Assembly: GCF_001194135.2 (NCBI RefSeq)
Contig: NC_068986.1
Coordinates: 67,004,085-67,048,469 of the forward strand
Source of the DNA: Octopus bimaculoides
Lineage: Eukaryota
DNA length: 44,385 bases
Direction of reading: 5' to 3'
Below, piece after piece: positions 24,736-38,487 of the stretch (position 1 is its first letter; every line of letters starts with the position of its first letter). Position numbers and translations under genes: made by a program. The notes under the pieces are model-generated. The model made no database searches. It saw only the letters and a program-made list of their open reading frames with translations, and was not told the origin of the DNA.

Positions 24736-25135
24736 GATAGATAGATATACACATGCATATATACATATCCATGCACACACACACATATATATATAGATAG
24801 ATATACATATACATACACACACACTCATATATATATATATATATATATATATANNNNNNNNNNNNNNNNNNNNNNNNNNNNNNNNNNNNNNNNNNNNNNN
24901 NNNNNNNNNNNNNNNNNNNNNNNNNNNNNNNNNNNNNNNNNNNNNNNNNNNNNNNNNNNNNNNNNNNNNNNNNNNNNNNNNNNNNNNNNNNNNNNNNNNN
25001 NNNNNNNNNNNNNNNNNNNNNNNNNNNNNNNNNNNNNNNNNNNNNNNNNNNNNNNNNNNNNNNNNNNNNNNNNNNNNNNNNNNNNNNNNNNNNNNNNNNN
25101 NNNNNNNNNNNNNNNNNNNNNNNNNNNNNNNNNNN

Positions 25136-25170
<35 letters not shown>

Positions 25171-25666
25171 CATAAATGTTTTTACATAAATGTGATTATA
25201 TATATGTACACATATGAATACTTTATAACATTACCATGTATGTGTGGTATATGCTGTAATGAGTCTGTTTCAGATTATGGGTATGCCTATATCGATGTGT
25301 ACATATACAGTTAAATACGTATGTATTTTAATAAAAAATGCGCACACATTTTCACATACCATTTTGTAAGTTTATGTTTTTAGACTTATATGTGTGCATG
25401 TATACATTATTCCACAAATAATTGCTAAATTTAATTATGTGCGCTGTAATCTCTGTCTGTAAGTGCTTCTATGTATGTGATTACTAAATGTTTTGTGTTC
25501 GTAAGAATATGGTTGTGTAATGTTATCCCTCTAAGAGTGCGCATGCTTTTGTTTGAAGTAGTTTTTATTCTCGAATTATGCTAGGGTGCTGAGAAAGACA
25601 TAACCCACCTGGAAACCCAGATCATGACAGGATTTGAACCAAAGTTATCCCTCTCTTTATATGTTT

Positions 25667-25738
<72 letters not shown>

Positions 25739-25757
25739 ACACACACACACACACACA
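25667..25757. repeat. (CA)n microsatellite
   Basis: Direct reading of the sequence. Confidence 0.95.
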
Positions 25758-25884
25758 TAAAGCAATCAATCGAGCTCTTCTCTTCCTTAAGTTCCCTTTA
25801 ATGCTCGTTTACCCGTTGTCCATACTGTCTCCCCTACGTACGTCGTCGGCTTGTTTCTGCACCGTCGCTCTGTACATTTTATAC

Positions 25885-26990
25885 TATAGACTACATTCCT
25901 AGCTTTACAGTTTGCTTGTGGGCTAAATCTGCATACAATAGAGTTCCTATCAGTACAGGGGGTTCTACTAAAAGCGTAGTTTCTACCGATTAGGGATTTG
26001 ATATGTTTATCTGACCTTTCTACAACCTTAATTCTTAGCTTAAGCTTGTCTAGCGCCCTTCAAAAGCGGTACGCCAGTTCACCTCCAGGAGTGGTGTCTA
26101 CAATCATGACACTGTGGTATTTGTGGCTATCATTCTATGATTTGATCTTCCCTATTTTCTTCTTAGTCCTTAAAATTTCCTTATGGCTCCTTTATATACT
26201 TTGATCCTTTCTCTATGGGTGTATCCTGAGATCTGCATGCGGTGAACGAAGTGTTGTATGTGTCTTTTTAACTCTGTAGGGTGGCACATGCGGGACACAT
26301 TTCTCATTACTTTGATGAGGTATGCCATCAATATTTTGAATAAGGCATTGTACGCGAGAGCTGAGTTCCAGTGGATCAGGTATTTGGGGGCAATAAGTTT
26401 GGTATTGTGTGAATGGAGAATTTGGGTTTTATTATTCCCAGTTTCCAGCCAGAGGTCTGCATCTAGTACTGGTAGTCTATGGTTAGGGTGTTTCGTAGGC
26501 TAGTCTACCGTGACCTTAATACACTGGTGGAATGGAGTTAGGTATTTGCTGGATGCTCTCCAGTGGGATTAATTTCTATTTCTATTTCGAGAGTACTCTC
26601 TTGTGGGGGTGCCTTTACGACTATGTTGAAATCATCGATATAGCGAAAGTACATATTCATGAGTATGGAGTTAGGCGTTCTTTAAGCCTCCTGTCCCACA
26701 ATACCATGAAAACGTTGACCACATCACCGGCAACGCTAAACCCAATGGCCGCCCCCTCACCCTAGGCGTATATTTTGATGTTAAACTTAAAAGTGTGACC
26801 TTTCAGGCTAACTCTTATACTAGCTCTAGGGCATATGTAATCCTTTTCTTATTTGTTATTGGTTTCCGGAGATCCGTAAGGCTCTGGTCCATGTCTCTAT
26901 AGGGGTCTTCCTAGCCATAGATGTAATTGTAGGGAGTCTACCTCTTTAACGTCCACTGGGGCAGAGATTTCTAAGTTGTTGGAGCTGCAT
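25885..26990 (-). mobile_element. PLE RT fragment, same family as 3245-4500
   Basis: Minus-strand RGRLPTITSMARKTP..WTRA, LKGHTFKFNIKIYA*GEGAAIGFSVAG, VLWDRRLKE, MYFRYIDDFNI. Nucleotide similarity is visible between 26500-26940 and 3920-4360. Confidence 0.88.
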
Positions 26991-27001
26991 TATATCATAT
27001 G

Positions 27002-27033
<32 letters not shown>

Positions 27034-27299
27034 NNNNNNNNNNNNNNNNNNNNNNNNNNNNNNNNNNNNNNNNNNNNNNNNNNNNNNNNNNNNNNNNNNN
27101 NNNNNNNNNNNNNNNNNNNNNNNNNNNNNNNNNNNNNNNNNNNNNNNNNNNNNNNNNNNNNNNNNNNNNNNNNNNNNNNNNNNNNNNNNNNNNNNNNNNN
27201 NNNNNNNNNNNNNNNNNNNNNNNNNNNNNNNNNNNNNNNNAGCTACTTAGGTAATTATGGTAAGAATAATTAAAAAAACTTAAAGATAAATATAATTGT

Positions 27300-28083
27300 A
27301 ACGGAAAAAATAATAGGATTAAATTTAATTCATTTAATGATAATAATAAATTTAATAATATGATTAATAAATATAATAATATCTATAATAGGAACAAACT
27401 TTGGCTAATCATTCCTTACGGCGTTCATGTTAAAACTAACATTATTAAAGAGATTTTAAATATAATTGATATATTCCTTAGAGATAATAAAAATTATAAT
27501 ATGTTTTCTAGTAATAATTTGGGAGTAGGTTATTCTACTACTAATAATGTTGGTAACATTAGTTCTTCTTTTAAAAGATATAAGTTAAATAAGTATTACA
27601 AATATAAATTAAATACTTATTCTAATAATAAGGATAAGGACCAGGATATAATTAATTGTATATGTAGAGATAAGACTAAATGTAATTTGAAGGATGTGGT
27701 GTATAAATGTATAGTGACTTTAATGGACGGAATGGACAGGAATAAATTTAATGGTTATAATTTAAATAAATTTTACATAGGATCGACTTCGAATAAAATT
27801 AAATTACGTGTGGCTCAACACATGCATTCCTTTAAGAATAGAAATTTGATTAATTCTACTGGCCTTAGTAAATATATTTGGGAATTAAAATCTAAAAATA
27901 TTAAGTACATTTTAAATTGGGAGATAGTTTGTAAGGCGAAATCTTATCGTATAGGTAGTAATTTTTGTAAGTGTGTACTAATGAATTTAAGGAGATATTA
28001 TTAAATAATAATAATAATACTTTGATAAAATCCCTTGATGAACGGATAATTAAATGTAGACATAAATTAAATTATTTATATAA
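27300..28083 (+). mobile_element. AT-rich PLE C-terminal region with GIY-YIG endonuclease
   Basis: ORF 27360-28004: NCIC..KCNLKDVVYKC..FYIGST..IKLRVAQHMHSFKN..TGLSKYIWELKSK..LNWEIV.KAKSY..GSNFC. After one frameshift it continues K(L)CTNE..KCRHKLNYFI*. Confidence 0.9.
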
Positions 28084-28186
28084 GTTTAGCTAACTGTGTA
28101 TATATGTATATGTGTGTGTGTATGTATGTGTATATATATATATATGTGTGTGTGTGTGCGTATGTGTATGTATGTATGTATGTATG

Positions 28187-28271
<85 letters not shown>

Positions 28272-30199
28272 ATCCTATTTAACTAATTGTAGTAGTTATA
28301 ATTTGTAATTATCAATTGTGTACTAATTAATACGAACATATTTTTATTGAATATCATACATTAATAATTAAATGTTTTTCAAAGAAGCATAAATACACGA
28401 TATGGTATTACCTTCTAAAAAGAGCAACAATATTTTCATATAAAAAAGTACACTAGTATAACTGCGAAATAGTCTTTCTTCGAACTTCATCTTTTAAACG
28501 AGTACATTACCGCAAAGTGAAATCTCCGTCATTCTTACAACCATAATGTTACCGTGTACTGTCAGTAGTGAAGACAAATAATTCCCACATATCCCAGAAA
28601 AACTAGGTATAAATAAATAGTATTCATAGGAACAACTCCTTACTGCTAAGCGACGTGTATATAGTTAGTTTACCATGCTGAGTTTATATCCTGGCGTTGG
28701 TATAGCCTATAGACGGATAGACTTCGCCAAGCTTATTTTTTCTTCAAATATATGGAAACAAAGATTCAGTGGTACACCTACAATCTAATGAGGTAAAGTA
28801 TTCGCCATCATATGAACGTTACTCCAATCTTCGTTTGGGAAATGATAATAACTCTTAATTCTTGCTTTGCTTTACCAGGCAAGAAGCTAAGAAAATGTCA
28901 CAAAATGAAGATAAAAATGGAGAAACGGAGCTAATAGAATATTTGCCAAACTTTAATATGGATCACTTTACATTCTATTACGTTTGATAATCAATGAATT
29001 GATAGTTGTATGCTTCTGTTTTCCTTGACGTATTCTGTCAATTCTAATTACGGTTTGTTAAACAGTTGGGTTCGCAACGAGGAAATAATTGGGTTTGAAT
29101 TTGTGTAGAAAATTTTATTTGGCAAATGTACACTGATACTTGTTAGCAACTATTCATGATCAAAACTTGGCATCCGCACCAGACAAAATATGTGAATCCT
29201 GTCGGAACCTTAATTTAACACATTTGATTGGCTTTCCCAAATTCAAAGAAGTCAGAATATCATCAATTGCCTCTTCTAACAGCAGGCTCCCATAGCTAGC
29301 CGAAATTAGAGCTTTCTATGAAGTTTGGTTCGCCTAAAGGAAGGCGTTGGTTAGGTAAACATAATAAAAGTGTTATCAAAAGACTCTAAGTATCATGCTG
29401 GAAAGATGTTGGTTTCCTACTCAAAGAGAACCAAAGGCATAAACAGAGTAAATATGGAATCAATCAATAACATAAAATATTGTTATATTTACTGATTCCG
29501 AGGATGATATTGAAAATGTGATTACAAGTTTGATCAAAGCTAATTTGACTTTGTTTTATAGGTTTATGTTGGGGTATGTTACTTTGCACAAACGCGCACG
29601 TACACATACATATGAGCGTAAATTCACACATTTGCACAACTATAGAAACACAGATGTACGTGCATATATTCGTTATATATTTATATAAATACATACACTC
29701 ATACACACATATATGCACACACACATGTATAGGGTGAGCGAAAATTTGATCTCGGGCATAAACACTTTCTTACTGCAAACTCTGACATTTTAAAACGTTT
29801 TGTGACCTATATGGCACCGTATGTTGTGATAGATATTAGCAACAGCGAAACTGCCATTTTGCATTTGTCTAAAATATATTTTCAGTCCGGCAGATGATAC
29901 GGACACCATAAGATATAAAGGACAATATTTCCATAACATGGTTGCGGAGTTGTATGTGCAGAAACAACATGAGTCGTCTTCTATTATGTAATCTTTCATG
30001 GATGACATGGCCATGAGTTTTCAATTGCTCAGTCAACTGATCTGCTAGGATTATCAAATTAGCAAGTAAGTAGATGAGTTTTCTTCAATCATGTATAAAC
30101 TTGATGTAATTCTGAAGTACAATTAGCGGATTACAGTCTGACATGTTAGTACCTTTGGATTACAAGTAGAATATATCCGGTAAGTTTCTGTGTAACCAA

Positions 30200-30760
30200 T
30201 TTCACTTCAAAGGCATGGGTTATCTTTACACTCCCCATCATTCAAAATTTCAGCAGCTGTAAATTTTGGGTGTTTCACTTTCTAGTAGTGGATAATTCGA
30301 TTTTTTTTTCTCAGCTTGCTCGATGTTTTGCATAATTACAGACCGTCATTTACTTCAGTTCATTACGAGATGTTTCCAATTAACAACGCTAATTTTCAAA
30401 GACTTTAAACAGTCTTTTTGTGACTGTATGACATCTAGATTTTGGTTTGCGATGGGTACATTTATTTAGAACTAATTGCTCATTAGGTGATTGCTTCCGA
30501 AGTTTGAAATCGTCAAGATGGATGGCATGGCCAACCTATCCATCTGATACTTCAGGTTTATTGTAAGCAATGTAGACACTGTTCGTTATCTTCGGAATAT
30601 GTTACTTAGAGCGAATCTTTAAGTCGCAATCATCCTTATACAAGAAATCACGAACATGTGTTATAAATGGTCTTCCATTTAGTTTTGAGGCTATTAGAAA
30701 TAAGTAGTTTTCTGTTTTGGAATAAGCGGGCAAAGATGCTTAGATAGAAACCCTGAAATG
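30200..30760 (-). mobile_element. Old RTE-clade LINE remnant with an internal deletion
   Basis: Minus-strand THVRDFLYKDDC (~30629-30660), then soon after GHAIHLDDFKLRKQ..RKPK..KDCLKSLKISVVNWKHLVMN*SK*RSVI..EQAEKKNR. Homology may extend to a zinc-finger-like SSAGLK at ~29885. Confidence 0.6.
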
Positions 30761-32849
30761 CAAGAGAAATCTCAAATGACAGTCTTTGATCTGTTTAACA
30801 TAACGTTTCTCAGAGATCAGTTCAACAGAGTATCATTTCAGTGGAAGTAGGCCTCAATATTATTGTATAGTTGGACAAACATCAAGGAAACAGACACAAA
30901 TGCATTATATAAACATAATTACATATGTCTATGCATGAATGTGTGAGTATTTGGTTTTCTTAAAAGCGTATATATTTTAGCTAGTGCGGATCTGCTTTAA
31001 TTAGAGACACGTCATTATCAATCCACATGAAAAAAAAAGAACCCAAAATATGTGCATGGGTTTCCAGTTAGATTTTTCTGTAGCACGCAAATACATCAAG
31101 TAATTGACACCAAGTGAAAGCGATTAAAATGGAGTAATTTCAATGTCACATAAACTTTAAACGCTGACTGATCGCTTTGAGCTTCGCTGATGAAGAAAAA
31201 TGAATTGAAAAATCCAAACTTATTTCTATAATTGCTACCCGCACCCCACTCACTATCTATCCCTAAAAAGTACGTGAATCTACATGTTTCTTTTCTCCTT
31301 TCTCTACTACTCCAGCACGCTCCCTCTTTGACGGATAACAAAAACAAGAAGCTGAAAATACTACTTCAGTATAACAGTTATTTGACTGTTGAGAATATAG
31401 AAACAGCTTGTCTATGGCTATAGATATAGAAGAAACATGAATAAAAAATAAATTTAATTTTAAATGTATAACGACAGCATTTTCAATAATTTTAGATAAG
31501 AAATATTAAATGTGCCCCATTAAATATAAATAGGATGAAAAATACATTTCTTGAATAAATAGAAAATATATTTCTGAATACTTGATGAAAACGCTAAGTT
31601 TTCTCAGCTGGAGACTTGCATTAAACTACCGTTCTATTCAGGGAAATATTTGTCCCATCTTTGGAATACGACTGAAAATAAAACCATGAATCGTCTTTAT
31701 AAGCGATGACTGATTATAAAGACTGGAAGTGAAAGCAAAGATCTGGATAGATATTATACTACATAGCGTCTGAAAAGATCCAGCACTATTTTCTTTGTTC
31801 TCCTTTTCATCATCATCGGTATCGTCACCAGCGCCATGCCACCGCAGCCACCACCACCGTCACCATCGTCGTCATTATCATCATCCTCATTATCGAAATA
31901 TACCGTTACTTAATGAAACGCATTTATTATATTTGTTTGTAATGAGAACAAAATCGTACAAACTCCAGAATTCTGTTCTGATTCTATGGTTAGACATCAC
32001 TGGGTATCACATGCAACAAAGAGCCTTGTTTGCACGCAATGTATACCGTACATGTAGCTACCCAGAAAACCAATATAATAAACAACGACCAACAAGAAGT
32101 ACAAGCAATGACTAATAAAAAATACAAGTTTACTCGAAAACTAAACGAAGTTAGAGCAGTTTATAAGAAATCACAGGAAAATATAAACATCTCCTTTGTT
32201 TTCACTTTTACAATACAAGAAAAATAATATATACTTATTTTTTTGTAAAGAATTTGTGCAAGAACAACTTTTTCATCTAAATACAAAAGAAATTCAATTA
32301 CATCTTAAAGAAATCGTTCAACTATATGAATTCTCTAGGAAAAATAACAGAGAAAAGAATTCTTATGATTGCAAATCTCTCTTCTAGTATCATTCATTTG
32401 AAAATAATTATGGATACTTTGAAATTCGTTATATGTCCTTTAATAAGTTTTTTTTTTCTCTGTGATCAAAATATTTTATATAATTTCTTTTCCTTATTTT
32501 TGTTCTTTACATATCCCTATGGAATTCTTGGAATTGTGTAATTAAAGTTTTATTTCCTTTTTGCAAAATCGAGCGAAATTAAAACAAAACAACGAAGAAA
32601 ATAAATTAGAATTTAAACAATAACAATTACAATAGACTTCATTTTACGCATCTTTACTTCAAATAATTTTTTTTTAAAGAAAAAGAAAAATATTATTTGT
32701 GAGTTTCTGAGTTGTGATTAGATTCGCTTTTATCATTTTCTTTCAAGATAATAACTTTTTTTTAATGTTGTATTGAAATTTAGGGCATTATGCCCCATCC
32801 ATTAACATGATGGCGGAAAATTACCTTTCATCATTCAAATATATCTTTT

Positions 32850-33170
32850 ATCTTTTGTTTCAGTCATTAGACTGCGGCTATGCCTGGTTAGCAGCTTAAA
32901 GAATTTTATTCGAACGAATTGACCCGGTCCTTGTTTTCTAAAGCCTGTTAATTATCCTATCGTTCTCTTTTTTTTACCGAGATAGTAAGTTAGGAGCACG
33001 CCTGTCACCGTTTCTGAAGCAATTGGAAGGGGACAAACGTACACACAGACGAACTCATACACTTTCAGTTTCCGTCTACCAAATCCACTCAGAAGTCTTT
33101 GGTCGGCCTTAGGCTATAGTAGAAGTTACTTGCCCATGGTTCTACGCATTGGGACTGAACCCATATGCCA
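32850..33170 (-). mobile_element. tRNA-derived SINE copy
   Basis: Family body plus a B-box GGGTTCAGTCCCA on the minus strand (~33150-33162). Confidence 0.85.
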
Positions 33171-33177
33171 AATATGC

Positions 33178-33214
<37 letters not shown>

Positions 33215-33259
33215 TTGCAAGGAGTTTTAAATCGTATAGCTTTTATATAATTTTTTGTT

Positions 33260-33590
33260 GCACTCATTGAACTGCAGCCATGCTGGTGTACTGCTTTGAA
33301 GGGCTGATCAAATGAATCGACCCCAGGATTTGTTGTTTTTTTTGCCGAACACCCAAGTTGTGGAATCGTAATCAAAGCAACAAAGATCGCAATCAAGTGT
33401 TGGTGAGGGACAAAGACCAACACAAAGAGGCACACATATATACACATATATACAAGTTTCTTACAGTTTCCGTTTACAAAATTCACTCACAAGCATTTGG
33501 TCAGCCGGGGACTATAATATAAGATACCTGCCCAAGATTTCCTGCAGTGGGACTGAACCCAAAATCATGTGGTTGGGAAGCTAACTTTAA
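33260..33590 (-). mobile_element. tRNA-derived SINE copy
   Basis: CATTGAACTGCAGCCATGCTGG..GAATCGACCCCAGG..CAGTGGGACTGAACCC..ATGTGGTTGG. Confidence 0.85.
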
Positions 33591-33899
33591 AATATTGTCA
33601 ATAAACTGGGTATGGTATATAGCTGGTCAGAATGTTACCGATGCTTTTGCACTGACTGTTGCAATTGACAGAATCGTTCCTACGTCGGGAAAAATACTTA
33701 GCAGCATTTCGTCTGCCCTCAAGTTCTGAACTTCCTCGCGTTGTGCCAACAGTTGGAATAAATACTGACGTGGATTTTTTCAGGCATACTGGCTGGAAAT
33801 TCAAAGCCTCTTTTATGGAGGAGATATATACAGAGTCCTAGCTGAATCGATGTTCGTTCAAAGAATCGGACGGAAATGTGAAAGTTTATGACATTTTTA

Positions 33900-34190
<291 letters not shown>

Positions 34191-34264
34191 TCCACATTCC
34201 TCAGAACCTTGGAATTCTCGAACCCATCGGATGCAGCTTATAGTCATTTCCAGGACATAAGATA

Positions 34265-35169
34265 TACGAGGTACAGTCCAGAAATTTTGAAACATTCTTG
34301 AGAGAGGCATTTATAACTGTCCTAACTTATTGTAGTTTTATTAAACTACATTTCTATATACCATTACAGCATTAACTAATAAGTTAACCTGTCAACTTTT
34401 GTTATTCCAGAATGAAGGAAATGGCTGTAACAGCACTTTGAAAATACCCTTATAAACACTGCTTTGTCACAGCTGATTAGTTTGCTGAATGCAGCCGTTA
34501 TCTTTGAAGGTTGCCATAAAATTAAATTTTTGTTTCAAGCAGGGAAAAAACGCCAAACTTATGAAATGCTCCAGACATCTTATGGATTAACGTTTTCGTT
34601 GGCACAAGTAGCTCAGGGATGGCAGAGAGGAAGTGAGAAACGATAACAAGGAGGGCTGGGGCGTCAGAATATCAGAGCTGGCTGGGAAAATTCGCCGTTT
34701 TCTGGATTAATACCGTCGAGTGCCTAGAAAGTCAACAAACATACAGTTTGGAATTGATGTAAAAATTGCGTACAGAATTATTCATTATGACCTGAGCATG
34801 CGCAAAAGTTGTGCCAAGTTTGTTCCCAGGATGCTCAGTGACAAGCATCTTGAAGACCAACTATTTGACAGAGGTGGGTATCAAAACTGTCACTCACTTT
34901 CACTATAGTCAAACCCTTGCACCTTGTTACTTGTTTGTTCCTCAATTTGAAGGAGAACCTCAGGGGGCGGGGTCGTTCTGAAGATGAAGGAGCTGTGACA
35001 AGGTTTCTGGACACCTTCACTTAGGAGGACAACCTCGGACCTTCAGGAATTCACTGGAGCAATATACCAAGTGAATTGCAGTGAGACAATCCTATTTTGA
35101 AGATTAGAGTTTTGAACTTCTTTGAATTTAATAAGTTTTTCTCCTGAAAGAGCCAGAATGCACCTCGTG
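34265..35169 (+). mobile_element. Internally deleted mariner-like transposon
   Basis: Ends are TA-CGAGGTACAGTCCAG and CCAGAATGCACCTCG-TG (diverged TIRs). Peptides: IKFLFQAGK..TYEMLQTSYG, RIIHYDLSMRKSCAKFVPRML, YSQTLAPC (YSPDLAP-like), FPQLKENL, SYFED*. Confidence 0.85.
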
Positions 35170-35482
35170 CGGGCATTCATATGGACAAACAGAGACAAAA
35201 ACAGGCATACAAAATGTCTTCATAAAAACGAGAGGCATGAACAGGAACAGATACACACGCAGATACAAATGTGCCCAGGCGCTCTTCTAATATTCGTGTG
35301 CATTTATTTAACGTGTCAAAAAGAATGTTTCATATTGATCACATAAAATTTAAATACATAATATACAGCAGAAAAATAGCTAAAATAATTTCATCACTCA
35401 TTTCATACTCCTGATATATACATATGCATATATATGTATGTATACGTGTATTTGTATTCCTCTCTCTCTGTCTCACTCTCTG

Positions 35483-35523
<41 letters not shown>

Positions 35524-36945
35524 CATAAATAATATATAAATATATGCATATATCCATACATATATGTATATATACATGCGTATATGGGTACAGAACATCA
35601 CAAAAAAACGTTAAACACAATGAGAAACCAAAAAATATAGCCGAAGACAGAAAACGAACATTTTTTCGAACAACGAAAAAACAAAAAATCAAACAGAGAA
35701 ACGAGACATGCAACATAAAGAATATTTCCCTTCTTCAGTTGTCCCTGTTCCATCTACTCCGTGTTTCGAAGGCAAGGACAATACGCGACTTCGTTGGAAC
35801 AATCCTTCCGCAAAGCAAATTAAATAAAATTTGGAATTTTTTGCGGAGGGTGAAAATGTAAACAAGAACAGGACAGTGAGAAAAAGACAGTAAAAACAAG
35901 ACAGAACTGTGCAAACAAACGAAGGGGTACACTCTTTATGTTGNNNNNNNNNNNNNNNNNNNNNNNNNNNNNNNNNNNNNNNNNNNNNNNNNNNNNNNNN
36001 NNNNNNNNNNNNNNNNNNNNNNNNNNNNNNNNNNNNNNNNNNNNNNNNNNNNNNNNNNNNNNNNNNNNNNNNNNNNNNNNNNNNNNNNNNNNNNNNNNNN
36101 NNNNNNNNNNNNNNNNNNNNNNNNNNNNNNNNNNNNNNNNNNNNNNNNNNNNNNNNNNNNNNNNNNNNNNNNNNNNNNNNNNNNNNNNNNNNNNNNNNNN
36201 NNNNNNNNNNNNNNNNNNNNNNNNNNNNNNNNNNNNNNNNNNNNNNNNNNNNNNNNNNNNNNNNNNNNNNNNNNNNNNNNNNNNNNNNNNNNNNNNNNNN
36301 NNNNNNNNNNNNNNNNNNNNNNNNNNNNNNNNNNNNNNNNNNNNNNNNNNNNNNNNNNNNNNNNNNNNNNNNNNNNNNNNNNNNNNNNNNNNNNNNNNNN
36401 NNNNNNNNNNNNNNNNNNNNNNNNNNNNNNNNNNNNNNNNNNNNNNNNNNNNNNNNNNNNNNNNNNNNNNNNNNNNNNNNNNNNNNNNNNNNNNNNNNNN
36501 NNNNNNNNNNNNNNNNNNNNNNNNNNNNNNNNNNNNNNNNNNNNNNNNNNNNNNNNNNNNNNNNNNNNNNNNNNNNNNNNNNNNNNNNNNNNNNNNNNNN
36601 NNNNNNNNNNNNNNNNNNNNNNNNNNNNNNNNNNTGTGCTCTTCCGATCTACATCTGTATATATGTATATTTGCCCCTAGGGGAAATTTAGATGCTATTT
36701 TTATAAGATGTATATATTAATGCAGCTATCTCGATCCAAAATGTTGAAGTCTTTGCATATGAAAAAAAAAGATATAGTGTACACACACGTGTGTATGTAC
36801 GTGCACCCGCCCTATCAATGTGTCCGAATGAATGTTTCTATGTATGTTTATGTGTATCTGTGCAGCTGCGTGAATGAATATGCACATACGTACATACATA
36901 CATTATAAGATTGACTGACGTAGTTGAGTTTAACCCTAGGCGTCA

Positions 36946-37005
36946 AGACTCACTGACGAAGATTAAGATGCTGTGCATCAAAATCCGAAATCGTTCGATA
37001 GGGCT
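36946..37005 (+). ncRNA. Stand-alone hammerhead-like motif
   Basis: CTGACGA-A-GATT-aa-GATGC-tgt-GCATC-aa-AATC-C-GAAA-TCG-tt-CGA-T-A-GGGCT. The core is intact, stem III is near-palindromic and the triplet is AUA. Stem I is weak and the base of stem II is an A.C mismatch. Confidence 0.6.
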
Positions 37006-37596
37006 ATATACGCTGGGAGCTTACCTCTCTTTGTCAGTCATTAAGTACAGTGCTTTGTGGCTTTTGAGTTATTTTAACTCTTGTTTCTAGAAATAGCCGG
37101 TGCTGATCAGTACTCTCCGTCACTTTTTTGACCTCTATTAATTTTGCCTTTAGGTTCTAATTGCTAATAAGCCACCCATTTAATTTATTATATATATANN
37201 NNNNNNNNNNNNNNNNNNNNNNNNNNNNNNNNNNNNNNNNNNNNNNNNNNNNNNNNNNNNNNNNNNNNNNNNNNNNNNNNNNNNNNNNNNNNNNNNNNNN
37301 NNNNNNNNNNNNNNNNNNNNNNNNNNNNNNNNNNNNNNNNNNNNNNNNNNNNNNNNNNNNNNNNNNNNNNNNNNNNNNNNNNNNNNNNNNNNNNNNNNNN
37401 NNNNNNNNNNNNNNNNNNNNNNNNNNNNNNNNNNNNNNNNNNNNNNNNNNNNNNNNNNNNNNNNNNNNNNNNNNNNNNNNNNNNNNNNNNNNNNNNNNNN
37501 NNNNNNNNNNNNNNNNNNNNNNNNNNNNNNNNNNNNTATGTATGTATGTGTGTGTGTGTGTGTGTGTGAGTGTGTGTGTGTGTGTGTGCGCGCGTT

Positions 37597-37629
<33 letters not shown>

Positions 37630-37785
37630 GCGATTAGCTTCTTTAAGTTTCCGTCAACGAAATCGACTGATAAGGCTTTCGTCGGCCCGAGGCTATAGTA
37701 GAAGACACTTGCCCAATGTGCCACGCAGTGGGACTGAACCCGGAATAATGTGGTTGGAAAGCAAGCTATTTACCATACAGCCACA
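37630..37785 (-). mobile_element. tRNA-derived SINE head and body
   Basis: Minus strand GTGGCTGTATGGTAAATAGC (A-box) ..GGGTTCAGTCCCAC (B-box) ..TTGGGCAAGTGTCTTCTACTATAGCCTCGGGCCGAC. Confidence 0.88.
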
Positions 37786-38271
37786 GATGTATGTATGCAT
37801 AGTCATTCCCAAACGCACAGACATAAACACGCATATTATAACTTCAGTTAAGTAATCAAAATGATTGAATAGAAATTTTAGTAAATGATTAAAAGAATTG
37901 CTTGACCACTGCATGTTTTAGCTTTTGAATGAAATTTGGTGAGTATGTCTCAGACTATAGATTCTGCAGTTTGCAACTTTTAGAATATATCTAGGTTAAA
38001 ATGGAAACCGCATAGTTTAAAATAATAACACTAGCACGAACAATCTCTCTCAGTGAAATCAACTTGGATCAATACAAAAACCATTATAGCGAAGTGATCT
38101 TTCTTTCAAGCTAGCAATTGAATGGAATACAGGTGCCCAACGGTTGTCTTTTTAAATCACACTTATCAGTATTGACGTTGAATACGTCACTGAGATGTAT
38201 GACGTTACTGTGAGGAACAGAAAACAAAACATTTGGAAAATAACGGTTGAAGTCATTACAGATAGCACCAT

Positions 38272-38272
38272 C

Positions 38273-38331
<59 letters not shown>

Positions 38332-38350
38332 GTTATTATTATTATTATTA
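38272..38350. repeat. (TTA)n microsatellite
   Basis: Direct reading. A second (TTA)n lies at ~38678-38745 and an A-rich tract at ~38432-38486. Confidence 0.95.
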
Positions 38351-38447
38351 CTATTGTAAAAGAAATCCTCCTCCTCCTCTTGATCATCATCATTTCTGCT
38401 ACTAATACTTATCAAAATTTACAATACAATACAAAAGAAAAAAAAAA

Positions 38448-38487
<40 letters not shown>

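Noticed and set aside
25590-25650. B-box-like GGTTCAAATCC on the minus strand
   Set aside because: No A-box or cloverleaf. At most a SINE head relic, not a tRNA gene.
31185-31235. CTGATGA hammerhead-like core
   Set aside because: No pairing stem II and no correctly placed GAAA.
38152-38272. Hydrophobic minus-strand peptide MVLSVMTSTVIFQMFCFLFLT resembling a signal peptide
   Set aside because: Short and embedded in (AAT)n and T-rich sequence, with a weak donor and no downstream exon identified.
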